Origin: Ruditapes philippinarum
Lineage: Eukaryota
DNA: 64,000 bases
Assembly: GCF_026571515.1 (NCBI RefSeq)
Contig: NW_026857826.1
Span: forward strand, 62,001 to 126,000
Direction: 5' to 3'
The notes beneath the pieces were generated by a model. That model worked only from the letters and a program-made list of their open reading frames with translations, ran no database searches and was not told where the DNA came from. Position 1 is the first letter of the stretch. The number at the start of each line of letters is the position of its first letter. Position numbers and translations under genes: made by a program. Shown one piece after another: positions 29,091 to 43,700 of this stretch.

Positions 29091-32000
29091 ATTACTATTA
29101 TTATTAATATAATTATTTATCATGCAAATTCATGACAAATGCTTGTTAACACTTACCTGAAATCAGGCCAATAACTTGATATCAAAAGTAAGCCCCTTCA
29201 AGTACAACAATTGTTTTCAATAGTTAATATTCTCATCTTTTTATCATCTTACTATTACAACCTTATCTCATATCATGAAATTTAAAGTTTTAATAGTACA
29301 ATTTGTTCGGCGGCCTCAGCGTTCCGTCAAAACAGTTAAGAGACAGCCTACGCTGCCACTAAAATGCTTTTATCGGACCGCTTAAACTTTAAAAAATGCA
29401 CAGCAATTGTTCAAACCACTTAGCACCAGCTTAAGCAAAGTTAAACATTCATCATGAAATTGTTGTTAAAGCAATCACGGCAGAATTCTTCACACAAAAG
29501 CAATCATAGAACCTTCGATATGAATGTAACTTTTTTTGTGAAATTCGGTAAAAATAGCATATTATCACAGTGCCTGAGACCTAAGGAAGCAAAACAACAG
29601 GCGAAACAAAATAAAATGGTATTTTGAGAAGGCATCAATGTTATAAACTCTGGTAACAAAAGACAAATAAAAAAGGTAACATAACCTCGAATGAGTCATC
29701 ACTTTTCAAGTTAGGATGTTCAATTTACATTCATTCATCCAATTTGTCAAAGACTAGTCTCTGTTAGTATAGCAACTAACTGCAAAAAGCTCTAATTTCA
29801 AATAAAAATAAATAAATAAAAATGTTAATGCCAATGATAACGAAAGTGTATTAGAAATATCACAAATTACACACCTGAATAACGGCTTACTTTGAAAATA
29901 TCACACAGAACGACCAAACTCTAGATAAAACATAGAAAAGGCTTTCCAACTGTCTTAAATGCTTTTCAAAATTAAGTGAACTTAAGATCAGGTATTGCCC
30001 CTTTAACCCGCCCCAACATCGTTGGATCTTGATTCTTAAATACCATTAGTTTACAATAAATATAATGAACCTGATGGTTTTTATTAATTTATACAATAGG
30101 GCAATGAGCTAACCATTACAAAAGTAACTACAAATATTTTTGTATGAAAACAATTGAAAACATCACAAAACGCTATTTAAACTATTTAAGCCATAAAAGA
30201 AAATGATATTAACAAAATAATTGCACAAAATGATCGTAAATGGCGTATCTTGTAATAAATTAATGAGAAGGTCAGGTGAAAAATATCGTCTGGTCACAAG
30301 GACAAACAACAGACTCCCAGTAATAGACGAAAATTGATTGTTAATATTATTGGCTGATTTACATGAAATTTCTGGAAAGAGGAGAGATATTATATAATCA
30401 ATAATGCTCTCTCTGAGGGTTTGATATAATTGCACTTGTTGAAGCAACCGCAAATATTGTATACAATAATCATGTATCGAAACAAAACTATAGAAATAAA
30501 TGGAAACGCCCACAATTCATGATAATTGATGAACATTTGATTAATGTATATGGTGGTATTTGATTGTTCCAGAGTGTGCTTAAAGGGCATATTACCAATG
30601 TTAGTTGTTTTCAATGTGATATAAACTCAGAACCCATTTCTTGATGTTACATTTGTATGTTAAACAACATAATTAAACCTAAGTCTTTAGAAAATCAAGC
30701 GAATTTCGGCATCACGAATAAGAATGATTTTTTAAGCTTTTAGAATATTTTAGAGTATGTGATATTACAACTAATGTAAGATGACATTTGTATTTCATCA
30801 CTTTAACACTAAAATATTTTAACCAGCGAAACCAGGGCGCAGCTTGTTTAAGTATTTTAAATATTTTAAGCTATTTACATTTGAAATCCATACAAATTTT
30901 GTAAGCAGAAAGAGGGAATCCTTGATTATGCCAGTGTGAAATTAAATGTAATTAAATATATATCTATTTCCAAAGGACACTTTGAAATGTGAAATCTTTC
31001 AAATATTCTAAGATAAGGATTCGAATTATCAAACAGCTAGTAGCCTAATAAATAAACATTATGGTATTATGAAAGATACTTTTTTGTTTAGTTAAAACAA
31101 TATTTTATTTCAATTTCAATCAGACCTACGCAATATATTTACAATCAAATGCAAAAAGGATTGAGTAGCATGCTACAAGTGTTTTTTTAAGAACCATTCT
31201 CCTTAAATTTAAACCTTTCTTGATTACTTATGTTAAAGGTAATGTTCACATGTCATCAAATAAAAACCTACAGCTTTAAATATGTCAATTCACTAGAAAA
31301 TATAATGAATTTAAAGCCGATGTAACTTTGATATAACTGTAGCTATTATGATACGACATTATTGATATTAAGATATTATTCAATTAATGATCATGTCAGA
31401 CTGTTCAATTAATGACCATGTCAGACCAGTCTTTCTACAATACTAGTTACTGCAAATGCAGTCAATTATCAGGAACATAAAGTGATGTCAATAAACGTAT
31501 TGAACTTGGGATTATAAGTATAAAATGACTAATTCTGTATGAATAAAAATGTTTCATGAGTGCTTTGGAAAAAATTATATAATAGGCACATTAGCCATCA
31601 TAGATGGTAATAATATCTCTTCTCATGAAAGGGCAAACATGTGTTTAAAAATATTTTTTAATTAGACCTTGTTAGATGTTTTTCGGGTATAACGGTAGTA
31701 GCTTTACTAATGGCCAAAAAGCAAAGTAAACCTTACCATGGTGCAGTTAAATGGCCATTGAATATAATTTTAGAAATTAAAACAGTCGTTAATTTTTGGA
31801 AAATGAAGAAAAGAAACATTTGAAGTTTTAGTTGTTTTTATGGAGTTTATAAGTTGCAAATGATTGTAACATGGAGTTCACTTTGATGTCTTTTCCTCTT
31901 GCTTTGTACTTCGGCTCCTCCTTTGGACGTCATTGCTTTATATTGTGGGGTCTGCGTTCAATAAATATGACTTTCCCCTATCAATATATAGTCTCTTATT

Positions 32001-32809
32001 TTATAAGAATCATATGAACGACAATTATAGAGAAACGCATTAAAGCACTTCTGCAGTAGTATAAATTTAAGGGGTTAAAATTTGTTATATGATCGCTGAT
32101 AAACACAGCACTCGTCTTCAACCCAAACTGTAAAGTGCAATATAACCTGTTAATCAAAATAAATAAAATACAAGTTATCAAATGAGCTATTTGAGCTATA
32201 CAGATCTCCTTGCATGTAATGTTAAACTTGTCGAACCCTGCTGCTTATTTGGCCCAAAACCAATTACTTGGCATTAAATAACCTGAAGTTGAACTGTAAG
32301 ACTTAGACTTTCAAGATTGTATGCCATCAATTACTTGTATGTCAAAGCATTAGAAAAAATGATGGGCTTTAAAAACGAAAAATAAAACGCAACAGCCTTG
32401 AAGACGACTAAACGTGATTATTAATTGAAGGAATTGAGAAACACATTCTTTTGTTTTTGTCAATATTGACAGGCAATGCTGATATGGGCTCGAAGGTGCC
32501 AGGCTTGAATTGTTTCTTCCGCCCATATCAGTTATACAGAACCTGATAAAACTGATATATAAAAACGACAATAGAATGTGTTTATGTTTTATTTCTATCG
32601 TGTCACCCTTTCAATTTCATTGACATTTTATTGTATATAGGGGATTTTTATTCTTAAAATTCTGCCGCCCTTAACATTGGAACATCAACTTGTAGATGGC
32701 GGCCATTTCTTGATTTTAATGATTTCTAGTCGCCTTATGCGAAGTCACTTTAAAGTATTGACTTCAAATATTGTATTTAAAAACGAAATTAAAATAATAA
32801 AACGACAAA

Positions 32810-33220
32810 ACCGTTATGGACCCTTTATAAATGAATTGCACACTTAAGATGATGTCATTACGCTGCCTACGAATTGGCGCCGATTTGTCGTATCAATTTT
32901 ATCAACTGATATTGATCAAATCTGGCGTTAGCGTATGTGTGATATATCTTTAGCATTATACGAAAAGATAATATAATAAGAACGGGAAATATCAATAGAA
33001 TTGCGTTATTATTGTTGCTTGAAAATGGCTTTGAAAGCTATATTACCGAGGGAGAAAAACTAACAGCTGCATGTACACGTAGTGTAACCATAACAAGTGT
33101 TTATTGGCTGTTTAACACCGGGTTTTTCTTTTTTGAGTATAGTGAAAAACTCAATTCGTAAGCAGCGTAATTACGTCATCCTTGGTATGCAACTCATTAA
33201 AAAGGCGCCAGAATGACGTC
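32810..33220. mobile_element. Diverged MITE-like element with ~65-bp inverted repeats
   Basis: 32810-32877 (aatgaattgcacacttaagatgatgtcattacgctgcctacgaattg) is the reverse complement of 33150-33220 with mismatches. Confidence 0.6.
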
Positions 33221-33463
33221 ATTTTAAACTGACATGAGTGGGTTTTGAAGAATGATTATTTGAGCACCAATGAGAACTCAATACGATCCAGTCTGTCACG
33301 TTTTAATTGTAAATAATTCTTGAATAATAAATAAATGTGAATCATATTTCTTATTACTTCTTTTGTTAATAATTCTTCATACCTTAGCGAAAGTAGGTTG
33401 CGAATAGAACAGCGTTATATCAAAATTGACAGCGGAAATAATCTCTGCTTGAGAATAAAAGCG

Positions 33464-33707
33464 TAAGTGATCTCCCTTAATTTGTATCATATTGTTGGAA
33501 TCGAAATAATATCGGTGGTTTCATCGGTGTTCATCGGCTATTTAACACCGGTTTTGTCGTTTTGATGCGAAAAGGAAACCAAGAACCCTGTACTTCGTGG
33601 TCAATCATATGCATGAAAACCGGTGTTAAATAGTCGATGAACATCGATGAAACCACCGATATTATTTCGATTCTAACAATATGATACAAAATAAAGGAGA
33701 TCACTTA
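33464..33707. repeat. Near-perfect palindrome: 92-bp arms, 60-nt loop (foldback/MITE-like)
   Basis: 33464-33555 vs the reverse complement of 33616-33707: 5 mismatches in 92 bp. Confidence 0.95.
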
Positions 33708-34650
33708 TTCTCAAACACCGCAAAAACGATATTATTTCTTAAATTTCAACAGTTTTCTGTTTTCTTATTTAGTTTTACTTTATCATAGTTTTATAATTTT
33801 TAATAACAACGGACCCCTTTTGAGGCAGCATTTTCACAATTGAGATGTTTGTGTTTAAAAATAGTTTGTGGTTTTAAGATTTAACTTGTATTTTTATATT
33901 TACTGTCCTCTGTCATAATTATTACAAACACACCTATTAGGGCACTTGCTCCTTCCACTTCTATTTAAAGCAAAGCTTAGCCTTTAACGTAATCAGAAAT
34001 TTATTAGTGACAATTAAGTTAACGTTTTTGTGTCGAAATCAAATTATCATTTCTGCCGACTGAATATGGAATAACATATTAATTATATCCAACATAAAAA
34101 ATATAATCTGAAGCCGTTATATAAATGACAAATCTGTCTCAAATGTTAGAAAAATGAACTGTAAAATACGTACATAGATAACACGTAACCTCACAGCTAG
34201 TTGTCAAAGCTGATCAGATATCTGTTATAGTAATGTATAGCAGCAGGAAATGATATATATATTGGAATTCCGCGTTCTGTCTTTCTAGTAGAAGTTGGCT
34301 ATTTAATCGAGAACTAACAAAATTACACTAGCATGAGCTGACTTCTCGTGGAAAATATACCGATAATTCCGTTTAATAACGTCTTTCCGTTTTTAGTTAT
34401 AGTAAACCATTAAGTTTAATGAAAATATTAAAGTTTTTAAAAACCGAACTGGAATATAAGTTTTTTACGCACTGCCTCGGAAATAACTGAAATTTATTCA
34501 ATAATTCAGGATAGAAAAAATTTCTGTCAAAGCTTATCATATGCTTGATATAAGAATCGCAAGTAAACATTTGATTTCAAAGATATTTAAGAAGCAACGG
34601 AAAAGATCGGGTAGTTTAATACAAGTATAGCATATAATAAAAACTTCATA

Positions 34651-34783
34651 ATGAATATAATCAGCATAGTTTTCTCCATGTTGGCATGTGTTTACAGTGT
34701 AACTATGTACCCACTAGACAATTTACCACTGTATCAAGAGGAAATGCTAGAAACGGACTACCCAGAGGTTTTGTACGATCCAG
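34651..34783 (+). CDS. Coding exon 1 of the precursor (signal peptide and start of acidic spacer)
   Basis: ATG at 34651 with A at -3; MNIISIVFSMLACVYSVTM/YP is signal-peptide-like; strong donor CAG|GTAAGA at 34783/34784, followed at once by an (AAT)-rich intronic tract. Confidence 0.85.
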
Positions 34784-37700
34784 GTAAGACAATAATAATA
34801 ATAATGATATTTATAATCATAATAGTAATCATAATAGTAATAATAAAAGTGAATAATAATAATATATTTTTTTAGAGAAGGTAACACATTAAGAATATAC
34901 AACAGCAATCATATAAAATTATATCTTATTTTTAATGTAGCCTTCTGAAATTAAAAAAAACAGTTTTTTTAAATGAACACTCACTACCTTTTTTATCATT
35001 TTATTCGCTTTTTGCGGCATTACTGTTTTATTTTAAAAACAAACTATAAAACTTACATATTTATAGTATTACCTTTTTATTTAATTATTTTATTGATATA
35101 TAGGAGACAATTTATGCTTTTGATAAGTTTAATCAGCAAGCTTCGTGATAGAGCGTGCAAATAAGTTATTGTGTGGAGAATCATAACGATTGTAGTGTTT
35201 AATTTTAATACAGGAAAAATAACATATAATACAAACGCAGTTAGGTAATAAATTGGGAAAAGGGAAAATTTAATGTAAAATAATCACACAACTTCAGTTT
35301 TTGTTTGCTACAATCAGATTTGGAATTTTGATATTAAAATAATAACTTGAGGATATTGGTATTTATAATTCATTTAATATACAAAAAAGCGTGACTTTCA
35401 CTTTTAAAATTGGAATAAAGAAGTAATTTATGTGTATCCCTGGTTGTATCATTTTAGATAAATTTTATATTTAAAGCCATTATGTCTTAAAAATGCTGTA
35501 ATTTTTATTTATCAAATTTAAACTTTCTATCTTTGGTATCTTGGCACAGTTACCCAAAATATTCAACTGCCATATATATAAAGTATATTTGGCTTATTTT
35601 GCTCTGTTTGCGAATGGTTTATTTAGTGAAAATACTACTTTGTTTACATTTTGCTACCTTGATAACACCTTACTGTATGTTCAGTGCTACATTTTCAGTT
35701 GTTGAATATCTAACATGCTGTTAATCAATTACAAAAAATATTTTCAAACACATATTTGCCATTTCGAAAGTATTTCAAAAATATGAATTTCTGAGGCATA
35801 ATATGCCTTCAAATAGTTTGTCAATATTGATATTTGTAAGGCGTGACAAAACGTTACTAATGGGTATCAACTTAAAAACATTCATAGCAGTCTTAACTAC
35901 GATTTACCAGTTCAACAATTTTTAAGTATCAGAAATTTGCTTTATTTCTTTTACTTCTTTGGCATGAAAAAAATCTTATCAATGATAATTGTAACATTTT
36001 AGAGTTTTTTCAATATTGATATTTGTAAAGCATGAATAATGGGTATTAAAGTATAACATCCATAATCGTGTAAAGTCTTAACTTCGATAAACAAGTTAAA
36101 CAATTTCTAACTATAAGAAATTTGCTAAATTTCTTTTAGTTCATTGACATGAACAAAAATCCTATCAATGATAATTGTAAATTCTCATTGTATCATTTAC
36201 CAAGCTCTTGAAATGTCGTGTCTATTTCCGTCCATTAAAAGCTTATTTTTCCACTTCGTTTGTTTTTCAATATCTTAATTGTATTGGTCATTCTTTAGAA
36301 GATCTGATATCAAAAGAGATACCTGTAAAGTGTATGCTATTCACAGACAAATTTAGTCCATTACTATAATTGAAATTCCTCCCTTTCAAACTTAGAAGTA
36401 CAATTAATTAGAGTCCGGCTGTCCGTCGCCGCTTTGAGCAACAATTAAAAAGAAGACAGATCAATGGGTACGGTAAACGTTTTATTATTTTTAATCAAGC
36501 TATCCATGCAATGAACTACATGACGAATGAGTTGCTGCACAATAACAATAATGATGTTTAAATTTTTATTGATATTCAGAATATGATATCGCATCTGTGC
36601 GCAAACAATCACTATTTTCATCAAAGCAAAAGAAACAAGATTTTACATACTACCATGTCTTTATATTTATTGCTAATATTTCTACTCAGCCTCCCCCCAC
36701 CCCCTACCAAACCAAAAACCGCAATAAATAAGCAAAACCAGTTATAAAGTACTTTGTATAATCTCAATATATCTTTGATGTCTGTTTAGTAAAAAAACTT
36801 AAATGTTTCAATATATCATAGGCGTACAAGTTTGTTTTATCCTCAGAACATATTTTTTTACAATCCGGTTGTCTAGCACCTGGGGACTTTACAATCAATA
36901 AAAAAACAATAGCTTAACGACGTTTAAATATCAAGACTTGATGATATTTGCCATGTAATTCAAAACATGTTATTTATATGTAACTTCGCTTTATTTCCGT
37001 CTTAATACAATTATACGTGTCTAGACATTGATTACAATACAGTGTATTTTCATTAGTTTTTTATTTTCAGTAAAACTATTAGGATTCGTAGGCACACTAG
37101 TTGTTTAAGTAGACATAACCATTTTTGTAATAAGATTGTATGTCTTTAAGTATATAAGACTTAATATAATTATACACGGCATCTAATAACGTCAGAATGA
37201 AACATGTATGATAAACTTTGGGAATAAAACCATTTTGATATGGAACCAAAATCTATTCAAAATAATGTTCAAGCTTTTAGACAAAGATTCAAAACAGATA
37301 CATACCGGTATAGTGTCCTGCTTGTTTAATTCAATTTCTATTTTGGGTACTCGGATTTTAAAATTCATATTTAACTTGTAAACGCATAGCAATAACAGTG
37401 TAAATAGAAAAACAAATGAATTTATCATCTTGCAAATTACACAGTTTCATGTTAAACAAGCCAATATAATATGGCATTTTGATATACATCTGATATTGAA
37501 TTCAATTAATCAACATTCTCAGAAACCGCTAATTTACCGAACTTTGTCGCAAAGTTTGAGGTAAAGTTAATGGCAGGATTTCACTTTCATTATATTGAAG
37601 GTGATATCATGTGGTTTAATTCCTCTAACAAGTTTATCAAGATCTACTCTCGATACAAAACCAATTTTCTATTTGATAAGCACAGAGGCATTTTAGTTAA

Positions 37701-40700
37701 TAAAATGTATATGAATGTGTTGGAATAGATACTTTATAATATTGTTGCATAAATCATTTAATCTAAATCTGTATGGTAAGGTGAAATTTTGAACCAAACT
37801 ATAATTTGTAGTTAAATATTCGATTTGAATTTGAAGATATGTGTTGTTGCAAGTCAGATAGTTATAAAAGGATAAACATTTCATCTGTTGGATCATAATT
37901 AATGGGAAAGTTCCAAGAATTATGTTAATGCCATGTAGAGTAGAGTAAAACTGTATTGTACTGTACGGTACATTATTTCTAGTTTCGCTTGTTACAAATT
38001 GTTAAATGTATAAGCATTGATTAAAGATATACTATATATTTTTGCAACACTTTTATCTAAAATAATATTTTTTGCAAAACTACAACATTAAAATGTAAGC
38101 TATGTTATTTTTTCTTCGAGCTAAAAATGTTCAATTTTTAAAACGTTTTAAAGAATGTGATCTGGAATTCAAAAGAACAAAAACTTGATTTTTATATTTT
38201 TCACCCATCTATACATCAAATCGCTTTATATTAAGCTTGTCGTAGTTTTTGTATTTTGTTAGCAATGCTTTTATATTGTCAAACCAATTTCTATACTGTT
38301 GGGAAAAGGCGTAAAATGAAACAAACAAACAAACAAAAACAATTTCTTTCAACAATCTTCTGTTTATCTTTTTATCTAAATTTTCTTTGTGTTTCTTTAC
38401 CAGAACAAGGTTTGAAAAGAAAAGCATAAAAAACATCAAAAGAAATGTCAATAATAACGTCAGTTTAACCTAAAAATAAATTTATACGCTTAATCAGATT
38501 TGCCTGTCAAAGCTTCTCGTTACATGTAAAAATGTAAATATCACGCTAAATATGTACGTTAATTATGTCTAAAATCAAGTTGTTTATCCTACTGACAAAC
38601 TTACATTGTCGAAATCAATGTTTTCAATTTATTTTACTTGTCTTCATGTTTCGTCAATCAAAATAGAAACAAAATTAAATTTAGATTTTCTAAAATAATG
38701 ATGTTCAAAAGATATTACATTACTTAGTTCATTTATGAAGCTGAAAATAACATGTTTACTGATGCTATTTTAATGTCTTTATCAATAACATTAGAATGAT
38801 ATTAATGAAAATAGATGTGTGTTACGTATATATGTTTTACAGAATTTAATGTGTTACAAGATTGATCAAAAGTACAAAGTTAATTTTTAACATTTTTTTT
38901 GTCAAATTCATCTTTTGAAATGATAAATAAATCATTTAGAAATATGATGTTGCCAATGAGTCATTACACAGCATAACGTATCTTTTTAAGTGGCAGCATG
39001 GCTGAGCGGTCATTCTTACCTTTGTTTCCTTGAGCAAGAACTGGACACTAATTGCTCAGTACTGGATGGTTCCAGAAATAGATTTGAGGGTGTGTCTATA
39101 AGCTATAAGCCTCTGTAAAGTCTGTATAAACCAAATGACACAGTAAGCGGCTTCAGGTTGATATTAACAAAATAAATTAGATGTATAATTTCGTCATGAC
39201 ATTTTATTTAGAAAGACGTATGCATTCTAGTTGGTCAGTAAACATTTTTTTATGAAACAAATGTCTCAAAACAATATCCAAGATATAATTCATTGATAAA
39301 GATGTGTAAATCATGACAATATTTCAACCCTCACAATAGAAGGAGTTATGTTACTTAGTTCTTGTAAGATGAAAGAAACTTAATGATGCTTGTTGATATA
39401 TTATTATAATAATAAAATCCCTTTTCTTATCCAATGTAAATGACGCAATCCTTGAGCATTTGAAACCTCTTCTAAGAGCTTAACAGAGGTAAATATTTTT
39501 CCAGAAAAAATCATAACATGTATCATTATTACAAATTGTTAGTGAAATATGTTTTAAAATTTCTTAACTGTTTATTTCATTTTTTTTCCATCTTTTGGCT
39601 GAATTTTGTTTTTTATTAAAAGTCTAGATTTGTTCCTTACTGTTTCGAAAAAATGAGAATAATATCAAAATGACAATTTAAACCCATAAAAGTAATAACA
39701 CTAATATTGGGCATATTAAAGTATTTTAGTTCTATTAGCTCTAACATTTTGACATTAAATTTCAGACTATTTCAAATGTTGACATATAAAGCAAATCATT
39801 TTACGATGCCTTTATCTATCAATTGACGAACAATATATTTGGTCATGAAGGAAATGTAGGCGTATTTGAAGAGAAAGTAAATAACGCCACTTGCATTCTG
39901 AAACTATTGATATAATTGCACTGTAAAACAGTATTCATTTTCATAAAACGTGCAACTATGATATATTATGATTTATCCTTTTGTAATTTTCAAGCTCAGA
40001 TATTGAAATATAAGACAGAATACAGAAAATAACACACTTTTATTCATACTTTAACACATTTTATGATTATGAGACGTAAAATGTAATATGTGATCTTCAT
40101 AAAAGTGGCAAAATGTTAAACCATATAAGAACCTTAAATAACAAAAGCAAGCAAATCAGATTTTTATATTATAGAAGGAATAGTGCAAATCAAACATGCA
40201 ACCTTCAAATTGGTAGCACCGAGTCTGGAATGTTTATTATTTTGCCGCTTTTTTTTGGAGGGGAGGGGGCTGTTTGGAGTTCCGTTTTCTTTATTTTTTC
40301 CCCAAAAAATTTTCTTCAATTAAGCATACATTATAATAGTAGAATATCAGCGTTGAATATTTCTTTCAGATAAACATTTAAATAAATCATTTAAAAAAGG
40401 TTATAAACTTTTCCGGATATTCATTGAACATCTCTTTTCCGTAACGGTTGTTTAGTATGAATTTCATCATATGAATCAAATATCTTATAAATAGACGCAC
40501 GTTAAGTAACTTATCCCTCTGAAAGACATCACTTCTATTAAAGAAGCATTTGAGAACTATTGATCGAATTCTGTCGTAGCAGCCAATTTTGGAATGAATA
40601 CAGAATGATATTCCAAGTCACGTGGAGAAAATCTGTCATGAATACAATAAAATGTGTAAATGTTGAGTCAAAATAAGTTTATATATTTCCATTATTGTAT

Positions 40701-43700
40701 AATTTAATATTTTACTATTAATAATCCACGTGAACCTCGGACATTTCTCTAAGTATCGTTCGGAATGTACATGTATCGGTAACATCACATTTTGAAAAAG
40801 ATTGGTGCTTTTTATAATTTTGGTAGTTTCTATATAGTATTCTCAACATTTTTCATTATCAATTATCAATTATTATATCAATTTTTGCTCATTCCCCCAT
40901 TATAATAGCCAATGTATTAAAAAATAAGCACTTTGTCACTTTAATTATCAATAACTGCTTTTATAAAAACGTTTTATCATAAATAAAATATTAAAACAAT
41001 CGTAATGATTGATCAAAGTTTGATATACAGATATACATTAGTTTAAAATACATTTAAAATTTGTTTACCATATATTAAGAGAACTAAGATATGATAAACA
41101 AGATCACCAAGGAAAGGCGGCGTTCAAATCCATGTTTAAAAAACTACTAATGGTTTGTACCTAAACAAAACGTCAAGTCCCTGTAAAGTTTTTTTAAGAA
41201 TACAATGATAAGATAATTGATACAAAAACCTGAGTTAAAGATTGAATAAAAACCCAACAGTGATGAATATTATCTCAACTCCTGCTGAAAAAAATGAAAG
41301 CAATAATTGGGTCAAATTTTCTACATTTTCGGTGGATTCTAATACATTTAGTGCTCAAAACTGGCTATGCTGTTTCTAGGTGGCATGAAGTTGGACTATT
41401 CTGTTGTTTTTCATGAACCATAGAATCAAACAGTCTCATTTACAGGGTGGAGATTCTTTTGGCATCGTGCTGATATGCTCTATAGACAAGTCTTATTTCT
41501 AATAATTAAATCTGTTGCAAAAACGGTTTAAAATATAATTATAAAGCTATAGCTATAGCATGACACATGACAATTCAATACAATTTTCAGGTTTTGTTTG
41601 TGATACTTTATTAAACGTGATATAGATATCGGTCTTGAAATATAGATGACTTTCTACTTGGCAATTCTGTAGGTGGAAGTTTAAATATATTGTTTTATAT
41701 TATTTTCAATTTTCTGAAAATTCAAAGAGGACTGAATTAATGAATAAAAATAGTTGTTATTATCTGGTGATATTAGGAATTTTCTTCATTTAATTGAAAT
41801 TTTAAATATATTTGTTAGCGGAATTTGTGTTCAAATATCTTCAAACAATGACTGTAACTCCATTCAAAAATTAATGCATATTATAAGAGAAAATTCATGG
41901 AACATGCGATCAATAATTTTATTGACCTTATTCTTTTTCTAAACTGTTTATAAAGCATCGGGAATAAAGTGCACTCCGATATATTTTACATCTATCTTTT
42001 ACTCTCCTACGTTTTTATCTCTTTTATTCTTTAGTATATACTCGTAGTTTTAACAGAAAAAAATGTTAATTGCAAAGTCCAATCTACTGACACCATACTT
42101 AAAACAAATGGAACACTTTTGCTACAACTTTATTGTTGCCTCGAGCGGAATCAATGAGTTCTTTATCTCCATGTATTAGGTTGAACAATGGTTCAGGTGA
42201 TTTAGATAATGGCTTTAGTCAAACGCGTGTAACATTTACCATAACATGTATTCAAGTACCGCTCGTGTTAGTCCCATAGCTTTCAAATGAGTTTACTGTT
42301 ACTTTTTATAGGCAATCCAATAGCATCATGTACTTTTAAATAACTTTGAACAGAGCTATCAAATACCATTTGATAAATGCAAAGAGAGTACATGTGATTA
42401 AACATATATCAAATTTCTATGTAATGTCCATTACTCTCGTAATAAAAACATCAAATAAAAATATAAAAGAAGTACGTAAAATTGGACGATGCTTGATGTA
42501 AAAAAAATATTATATGACAAATGTATATACATAAATATGTATTAGATTTCAAGTAAAACATCAAGCAATTCTGTCTGTAAAAAGTTTTTCTTTAATTAAC
42601 GGGATATTACTTGTTTCTATGAACCTATCCGTTTGAGCCGGTACAATAACTAGGGATACTAAGCAATCGGAAAATTTTTATAATAAATCATAAACTACCA
42701 AATCAATTTTATTTTTAAATGAAAAATGCAAACAATTGGGAAATAATCCATAACTACCATCAAAGAATATTACTAACAATATATTTTATTTAAACGTTTG
42801 AAAAACTAATTTTATTCCGAAATGTTAAAGCTGTCATAATATTTATGTTTGACTGATCACTGAGAAAATGATATTCATAATTTCAAAAAAATTCTCGAGT
42901 TAATGGCTATTAATCAAAACAGTTTGCACTTTATTATGGAGTTGTATGTAATATTAGAAATCAAAACGCTAAAAAATATGCATTATATTCAATGCTTTAT
43001 CGTTTTACATACACATATCTGCATGGTATTTTATTTTCAAACTCTAACATAATTAACAATTAATACCCCTCGAAAACATGTTTTACACTAATTCTTCGGT
43101 ATAGATATGATCTTAAAATGTTCAGAGATAACTAAAGGTTAAATAAAAGAAATAGTCAAAAGGCTTATAAAATTTCAAAGATAAGTAAATGTGTTCACGC
43201 TTTTAGAAGTTTTTTTTTGTTGGAACTTTTCATGTAAATGGATAAAAAGATTAGCTTTAGGTAAAAAATAAAATATTAGCGTAATGAATGCTAAAGAGAA
43301 AACTATATATTACGTAAAATACATTGATTTCTATTCTGTGCATATAATTATCAACTGAATTGTTTCCTTATTCATGTGTTTAATCTAATATCGTTTCAGA
43401 GGTGATCCTGCCCTACACATCGTATCCATCTCCAGTTATTGTATACCCAGAATTATCACTTTCAAAACGACAAGACACTCGCAATGTTAACGGTAAGTTC
43501 AATATCACAACACCACAATAGTCATATATTACATTTGAATGTGTTGCATCAAAACTATTTTTCGTTTTTTATATTTTGCTATATTATTTTACTATTATTC
43601 ATATTCATTTACGAGGTATAGATTATTATCAGTCATACATAAAAATCTCTGAAACAGCTCCTATTTATAAAACTGTATCATTTTTAAGAAACTGCCATTT

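Larger units (their letters stand above)
26425..32720 (+). repeat. Old segmental duplication, copy B (partner 1-8490)
   Basis: Same collinear blocks. Begins tatgttaaatcatggc like position 1; ends near aacttg(a/t)agatggcg in both copies. Confidence 0.92.

Noticed and set aside
34784-34875. Hydrophobic poly-Ile C-terminus of ORF 34651..34875, resembling a membrane anchor
   Set aside because: It is read-through into intron 1 across an (AAT)n microsatellite after a strong splice donor.
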